From an uncultured Nitrososphaerales archaeon (lineage in GTDB: Archaea > Thermoproteota > Nitrososphaeria > Nitrososphaerales > Nitrososphaeraceae), in contig CAVPXM010000043.1 of assembly GCA_963709405.1 (NCBI GenBank), positions 1 to 14,252 on the forward strand: DNA of 14,252 bases. Reading direction: 5' to 3'. Position numbers and translations under genes: made by a program. Under the pieces are notes generated by a model that ran no database searches, was not told the DNA's origin, and was given only the letters and a program-made list of their open reading frames with translations. Positions 9,729 through 14,252 of this stretch are shown one piece after another. Within the stretch, counting starts at the first letter, position 1. Every line of letters begins with the position of its first letter.

Positions 9729-10575
9729 TTATGAACCTTTTAATTGCGCTTTAACTGCATTGTAGTAAGTCTTGTCTGGATTTTGTTTTTGCAGCTCTAC
9801 AAGTTTCTCCCATCCATCGTTACGATAATCAAATTTCCAGCGATATAACGCTGGTTCAGGGTAAGCCAACTGTTTGAATTCACTATTGATGGTCCACATA
9901 CAGTCAAGTACAGCTTTAATTTCTTTTTCCATACCACCATTTGTGAAATTGTCAAAATGACGCACAAGATTTTCAGTGGAGTATATCCTTCGCTGAAATG
10001 ATACTTCAGCAACTGAAGCCAAGTAGCCAGCCTTTGTGGAACTCAACATCTCTGACATACGAAGCTGAATGTCTGCAATTTTAGTAAATACTGTAGAATA
10101 AAGCTGTTTTTTGAATTCTCGATCTCCAATGACTTTTGACCATTTTAACACGGAGCGAACCAGATAGGCATCAACTGTTTCGTAAAAAATGTGAAAACAC
10201 TCTAATAGTAAGGTCAATATAGAATTCATCTGTGTTGCATCCAACGAACCTTGTTTGTGCTTAAGATATAACCTATCAAATTCCTTACTAATCTTTTTTA
10301 ACATAGCATAATATGATTTATCAAAATCATCTAGTTCCTTAGATACTGCAAACAATATGTTTCCTGCAGTATGAGAAAAACTCTCTCAAGCTATATGTCT
10401 ATCTATTTTTGGGATGGGTTCTAACTACGTTATCTTCACGTAATTCATCAATCGTATTAAGAACTGGGACCCTGGAAAGCTTTCCGTACATGGCCTTTAC
10501 CACGCTTTCCTTATTACAACCTGGGTTACTATATATGTGTTCAGTGACCAGTCCGCGCCTTTGGTTATCATCCAT
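9729..10575 (-). pseudogene. disrupted gene: N-terminal wHTH-like domain plus helical C-terminal domain
   Basis: ATG at 10575 gives MDDNQRRGLVTEHIYSNPGCNKESVVKAMYGKLSRVPVLNTIDELREDNVVRTHPKNR, then a TAG at 10401-10399. A frameshift near 10376-10390 (GAGAGAG/T5 run on the minus strand) would join it to the 208-aa ORF 9729..10355. Confidence 0.6.
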
Positions 10576-10580
10576 CTCGA

Positions 10581-10608
10581 TCAGTATACTGACCAGTATA
10601 CCAGTATA
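10581..10608. promoter_or_regulatory. palindrome plus direct repeats, candidate operator
   Basis: Perfect palindrome TCAGTATACTGA at 10581-10592 and CAGTATA at 10582, 10594 and 10602, between two divergent starts (10575 - and 10649 +). Confidence 0.5.
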
Positions 10609-10648
10609 TACAATTATCTATAATTATTGTATAAGTTTATGTATATTT

Positions 10649-10783
10649 ATGATGAGTAGTACGATTTTCATTAAGACTGCAACAAGAGAACGCCTGAAAC
10701 ATATGGGCATTAAGGGACAGACCTATGATGAATTAATCAAGTCCAGGGTCAGCGGTATAAAAGAATCTTTTTCTAGATTCTAA
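10649..10783 (+). CDS. small ribbon-helix-helix / antitoxin-like DNA-binding protein (44 aa, possibly truncated)
   Basis: MMSSTIFIKTATRERLKHMGIKGQTYDELI matches the archaeal TI-x-I-xxx-TRERLK-x-x-G-x-KG-x-TYD-x-x-I pattern. This is the real part of the 10409..10783 ORF. Confidence 0.65.
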   Translation: MMSSTIFIKTATRERLKHMGIKGQTYDELIKSRVSGIKESFSRF

Positions 10784-10837
10784 GTATTGATTATTTTTAT
10801 ACTTGTAAATGTCTGATAACTAAATAGGGAACATTGC

Positions 10838-11593
10838 ATGTACTCAAATTATAGTACCAATCTGAAACTCGTCATAATTGTTTTAACATTAATCTCTTCG
10901 ATATCTTTTAGCTTGTCATTAAATATGGCTCCTACGTCACTGAATATCAACAAATTTGCCTTTGCCGAGCAGAACCCTGTGCTACCGAATTATAGAGGAG
11001 ATCATCAAGCTTTCGAACCATCCAAAATGCTCGATAATCGGACGACTTTGTCCTTTAGCGAGATCCAACCCAAGTCACTGGTACATTATCAACCTATAAC
11101 TCCTGCCATCCATTATTATACAGGCAATTCCAATCAAGTAAGTATAAACAGTTTCCCGACATCGACAACAAATATGATTAACTCAACTAATCCTTCTAGT
11201 ATCGTTCAATCTGTATCGCTACCACACTATCAGCCTATTGCTCCTGCAGGTTCAGAGGATCCCATCAGAAGTACGGATAATACCTATTCTGGCGGACATG
11301 AATCATCCTTGGCCAGCGGTGGCAATGATCATGCAAGTACAAATGATGGTGGTCATCACAGCAGTAACGACAATAGCCACGGTGGAGGAAGCCATTCCGG
11401 TAATGCGCACAAGTCCTCATCAAATCACAATAATAATGATCATGCCGGGAGTCATCATAGTAGTAACCATTCCAGTAGTCATCACCATGGAGCATCTGCA
11501 TCAGCAGGTGATGGTGGAGCATCTGCATCAGCAGGTGATGGTGGAGCATCTGCATCAGCAGGTGATGGTGGAGCATCTGCATCAGCAGGCTAA
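10838..11593 (+). CDS. secreted or membrane-anchored low-complexity His/Ser/Gly/Asn-rich protein
   Basis: N-terminal hydrophobic segment with a later AFA-E cleavage-like site, a duplicated HYQPIxPA motif, a His-rich tract and a C-terminal GASASAGDG repeat. Confidence 0.75.
   Translation: MYSNYSTNLKLVIIVLTLISSISFSLSLNMAPTSLNINKFAFAEQNPVLPNYRGDHQAFEPSKMLDNRTTLSFSEIQPKSLVHYQPITPAIHYYTGNSNQVSINSFPTSTTNMINSTNPSSIVQSVSLPHYQPIAPAGSEDPIRSTDNTYSGGHESSLASGGNDHASTNDGGHHSSNDNSHGGGSHSGNAHKSSSNHNNNDHAGSHHSSNHSSSHHHGASASAGDGGASASAGDGGASASAGDGGASASAG
11489..11589 (+). repeat. 27-bp coding tandem repeat, about 3.7 copies
   Basis: GGAGCATCTGCATCAGCAGGTGATGGT exact at 11489, 11516 and 11543, partial at 11570. 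Confidence 0.95.
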
Positions 11594-11743
11594 TTGCATC
11601 TGGCATATCTAAAAGAATAGCTTACAATAATGCCAAGGTATTTCGATGAAGTGGCCTGAGGAAGTTGACTACAAGCGGTTTTCCTAAGGCAGTGAATATA
11701 ACGATGCTTGCACTACCATGCTAGTTTTGAAATTGGATTCCAT

Positions 11744-11870
11744 CCGTCATGGTATCCATAGTAACCATAGTACATATTCAATTCTGTATAACAAAAAAGA
11801 CGTTGTATATATGATATAGCATTCGTAATATGAAATCCAAGTACTATGGATAGCTTGACATCTATGACGG
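11744..11870. repeat. imperfect inverted repeat A (9-bp units, 67-bp AT-rich spacer)
   Basis: Arms 11744-11773 and 11841-11870 match 21/30 by hand count, with exact ends CCGTCAT and CCATAGTAC. The left arm contains GTCATGGTA-TCCATAGTA-ACCATAGTA. Confidence 0.65.
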
Positions 11871-12152
11871 TCCGCCAGTTTCCAGTTACAGTGATCAGCT
11901 ATACATATAGAATGTACTGCAAATCGCAGGGCCCGTATTTAAATCCCATAATCGTAATCCAAATCAGACTATATCGGATATTGCATCAAATCTAGAGTAA
12001 ATCATATGGAAAAAAGTGTATCCATAACAATATGCAGCATACCAGATTTTAAACATTCTCTAAAATAAGACATTATAAGTATAGACTGAAGGTTCGATAT
12101 ACATTGAGATTGATGATATAACTACATGTGTATATTCTCGATCGTGGGCACG

Positions 12153-12505
12153 CGCTCATCGCTAGGGATACAAAACTCGAAAACTGACAAGGATGTTGAG
12201 GGCACACAAGTTCATGTTCCCCGTTACCAACCAATTCAGCTATAGATATAGACAGAACAAGTCTGAGCTCAATAAACGGTTTCTTTTATGATGATCCAAA
12301 TATATCATATACGGCACCCCAGGAGCACACTTTAGACCAAAGCCCGTGTCGCGCAATAGTTGCCATAAAACAAGGATACTTTTACTGCAAATTACATCCT
12401 GACATAAAGGATGCATATCTTGAATTGATAGAGCATCATATCAAGTACAAAGATCCTCAGGAGCACAGATCGGAGTTATTGAAATTATTAAATATTGCCA
12501 AAACT
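12153..12505 (+). pseudogene. gene remnant copy 1, Zn-finger-like C-terminal domain
   Basis: Frame open from 12200 with no in-frame ATG before the motif: ...FFYDDPNISYTAPQEHTLDQSPCRAIVAIKQGYFYCKLHPDIKDAYLELIEHHIKYKDPQEHRSELLKLL. Homologous to 13691-14029. Confidence 0.65.
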
Positions 12506-12533
12506 GGCTCGGATCTCTACAGCTGTTCTCCTA

Positions 12534-12929
12534 CTAGTGTGTTTGATCTCTACGCTCGTGTGATGCTCCTCTACCTGTTAATGTGCCAGTATAATCGCCT
12601 GAAATTTCATTCGCAAAGTCAAAGTCATTTAATCTTTTGAGAATATCACATGTTAATCTCATATTAGTTACGTAGTGAGTACCATTGTCGTATATTGCAG
12701 GAACAAATCCAGTAGTATTCCATATGTGATCCTTGCACCATTGCGAATCAGTACCCTTCTTGGTAAATACTTCAACCATGTAAAAAGGTGCACGTTCAGT
12801 CTTATCTTGTTCCCGTACTAGAAGTTCATGAATGAGCGTAGGATCTACTTTTGGAAGGTATGTTTGATATAGTGTCTCTAGTCCTCTGAAGACATATCTT
12901 ATTTCTTGCAATTCTGTAGTCATCATCAT
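12534..12929 (-). CDS. conserved hypothetical protein (Nitrososphaeraceae-type)
   Basis: 131-aa ATG ORF with protein-like composition (YLPKVDP.LIH.LL.REQ, FYMVEVFTK, PAIYDNGTHYVTN). Recalled as a family found in soil ammonia-oxidising archaea; function unknown. Confidence 0.75.
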   Translation of the reverse strand: MMMTTELQEIRYVFRGLETLYQTYLPKVDPTLIHELLVREQDKTERAPFYMVEVFTKKGTDSQWCKDHIWNTTGFVPAIYDNGTHYVTNMRLTCDILKRLNDFDFANEISGDYTGTLTGRGASHERRDQTH

Positions 12930-12935
12930 TTATTA

Positions 12936-13121
12936 CTATACACCATCTTTCCTATGACGACGACTTGCACTTTGTGAGATCATGACAGTTTTAATTTCTT
13001 TGAACATGCAAGGTCTTATTTTTTCGTCCTTGATTCCGCAGGCGGTAAAATGCCACGCCAGTTCCAGCGAAATATAAGTAACAACAAATCCGATAACTAC
13101 ATACAGGATGTTTTCAATCAT
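12936..13121 (-). CDS. small single-pass membrane protein (61 aa)
   Basis: N-terminal TM segment ILYVVIGFVVTYISLELAW and a basic tail. 6-nt gap to the next gene and a TATA-like CTTAATTAA ~24-32 nt upstream suggest a two-gene operon. Confidence 0.65.
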   Translation of the reverse strand: MIENILYVVIGFVVTYISLELAWHFTACGIKDEKIRPCMFKEIKTVMISQSASRRHRKDGV

Positions 13122-13437
13122 TATTACTTAATGTCTAAATGCTGTTAATTAAGCTCAGTAAAAACTATCTATGATTAATCAGAATAACGGTGTATATATT
13201 GTAAAGTAGTTACTTGTCGCAAATCGAAGAATTCAAGCGATCGATATTGAAAATTTGTGCAAACAGGATGTTAGCTCGTTTTGCGGCCTGTCAGATTATA
13301 TATATTTTCAGGAAATGAGGCATTATCTGTATAGACTGACTTGGTTAGATATACGAACATTGATCAGATAATGCTTCATTTGTATGTCAGTCATGGACGC
13401 GCGCAGCAGTTGATCATACAGATATCGTCTTATAATT

Positions 13438-13560
13438 ACACCCGGGATACCCGGGATAATTTCATATTCTAATTATACTCTCGGTATACGTAGTAATTGT
13501 ATATCCATAATATCTTAAATTCTTCCTTAGGTTAGAAAATAACCCGGGTATCCTGGGTGT
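13438..13560. repeat. inverted repeat B (GC-rich 9-bp units, 71-bp AT-rich spacer)
   Basis: Arms 13438-13463 (ACACCCGGGATACCCGGGATAATTTC) and 13535-13560 match 23/26. The left arm contains ACCCGGGAT twice in tandem. Confidence 0.85.
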
Positions 13561-13690
13561 TAGATGATACTAGATCCAACTCTATGGATAAATCTACAGT
13601 TGCAGTACATCTGGTCGCTCTACGGAATTCTATCCACTGATGCGTACTAGCAGGTTCGACTTTCCCGGTTTCCTGTTCTAAGGAAATTTA

Positions 13691-14029
13691 CGCTCAAATC
13701 ACTAGCGATATTAACGGGAAACTTTGAGGGGACGCGCCTACTCATGTTCCCAGTTAAATGTCCCTTACGCTATATATATAGAAGACACGGCCAAAATCAG
13801 GCCGATAACTGACTTCTCTTATGACGATCCAATATACGCCATATACACCGCTCCCAAAGCAAGATTTAGACCAAAGCCCGTGTTATCCAATAATTGCTAT
13901 AAAGCAGGGATACTTTTAGTGCAGATTGCATCCTGAGATAAAGTATGTACGCCAGAATCGAGAGAATCAAATACAAAGATCCTCTATTACATAAATCAAG
14001 TTCTTGAAATTAGCTGACATTCCCAAACT
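13691..14029 (+). pseudogene. gene remnant copy 2, Zn-finger-like C-terminal domain
   Basis: FSYDDPIYAIYTAPK, frameshift, DLDQSPCYPIIAIKQGYF*CRLHPEIK (TAG at 13917-13919), frameshift, IKYKDP. Shares the exact 19-mer TTTAGACCAAAGCCCGTGT with copy 1. Confidence 0.7.
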
Positions 14030-14177
14030 CATATGAGCAAGTCGATCTTATCAATAGGTAAAACTATCAGGACTCGTGATGGAACTTAATATCTGTCGAC
14101 CCCGCCAATTGATGATATCTATAGGTAGTAGCAATTAGTGGATGTGAACCAAAGTATTTAGTTCATCTAGCAAGTTT

Positions 14178-14252
14178 TTAAGAAATGAAGTCTTCGTTTA
14201 TTTTAGATAAAGCATCGTATACTCCGTCTTCATCTAGCTCCAGGATTAATCT
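14178..14252 (-). CDS. possible 3' end of a gene extending beyond the window
   Basis: Open frame RLILELDEDGVYDALSKINEDFIS* from the window edge; too short to assign. Confidence 0.25.
   Translation of the reverse strand, partial: RLILELDEDGVYDALSKINEDFIS

Noticed and set aside
11489-11589. CRISPR-like array
   Set aside because: Units are directly adjacent with no spacers and lie in frame within a CDS.
11238-11612. Overlapping ORFs with EHLHQQVMV and LLMQMLHHH repeats
   Set aside because: Alternative-frame readings of the 27-bp repeat in the 10838..11593 gene.
11912-11922. ATGTACTGCAA matching 13600-13610 in inverted orientation
   Set aside because: Only 11 bp, does not extend, and its orientation is opposite to the direct duplication.
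13650-13670. GGTTCGA T-loop-like motif (also at 12091) as a tRNA fragment or att site
   Set aside because: The flanks do not form a T-arm stem or acceptor stem.

Overview
This is an AT-rich archaeal window. The gene families and the TATA-box, leaderless layout suggest an ammonia-oxidising archaeon of the Nitrososphaeraceae type; this is recalled similarity, not a database search. The left half holds a PAC2-family chaperone gene (-), then a co-oriented block: a fused family I CoA-transferase (Pct/YdiF type), an acyl-CoA carboxylase carboxyltransferase, a biotin carboxylase and a biotin carrier protein, followed by a CBS-pair protein. The carboxyltransferase carries the GAYDVM signature of propionyl-CoA-preferring PccB, not the Ile-type signature I recall for the 3HP/4HB-cycle enzyme. 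The block therefore looks like a second, accessory organic-acid activation and carboxylation module. The right half (~9.2-14 kb) looks like decayed mobile DNA: a probable integrase C-terminal remnant, a broken wHTH-like gene divergent from a tiny RHH-like gene, a secreted His-rich repeat protein, and two diverged copies of a Zn-finger-like gene remnant flanking a two-gene cassette. Each remnant is preceded by an inverted repeat built from 9-bp units around a ~70-bp AT-rich spacer; the two share architecture but not sequence. No tRNA, rRNA or CRISPR array was seen.
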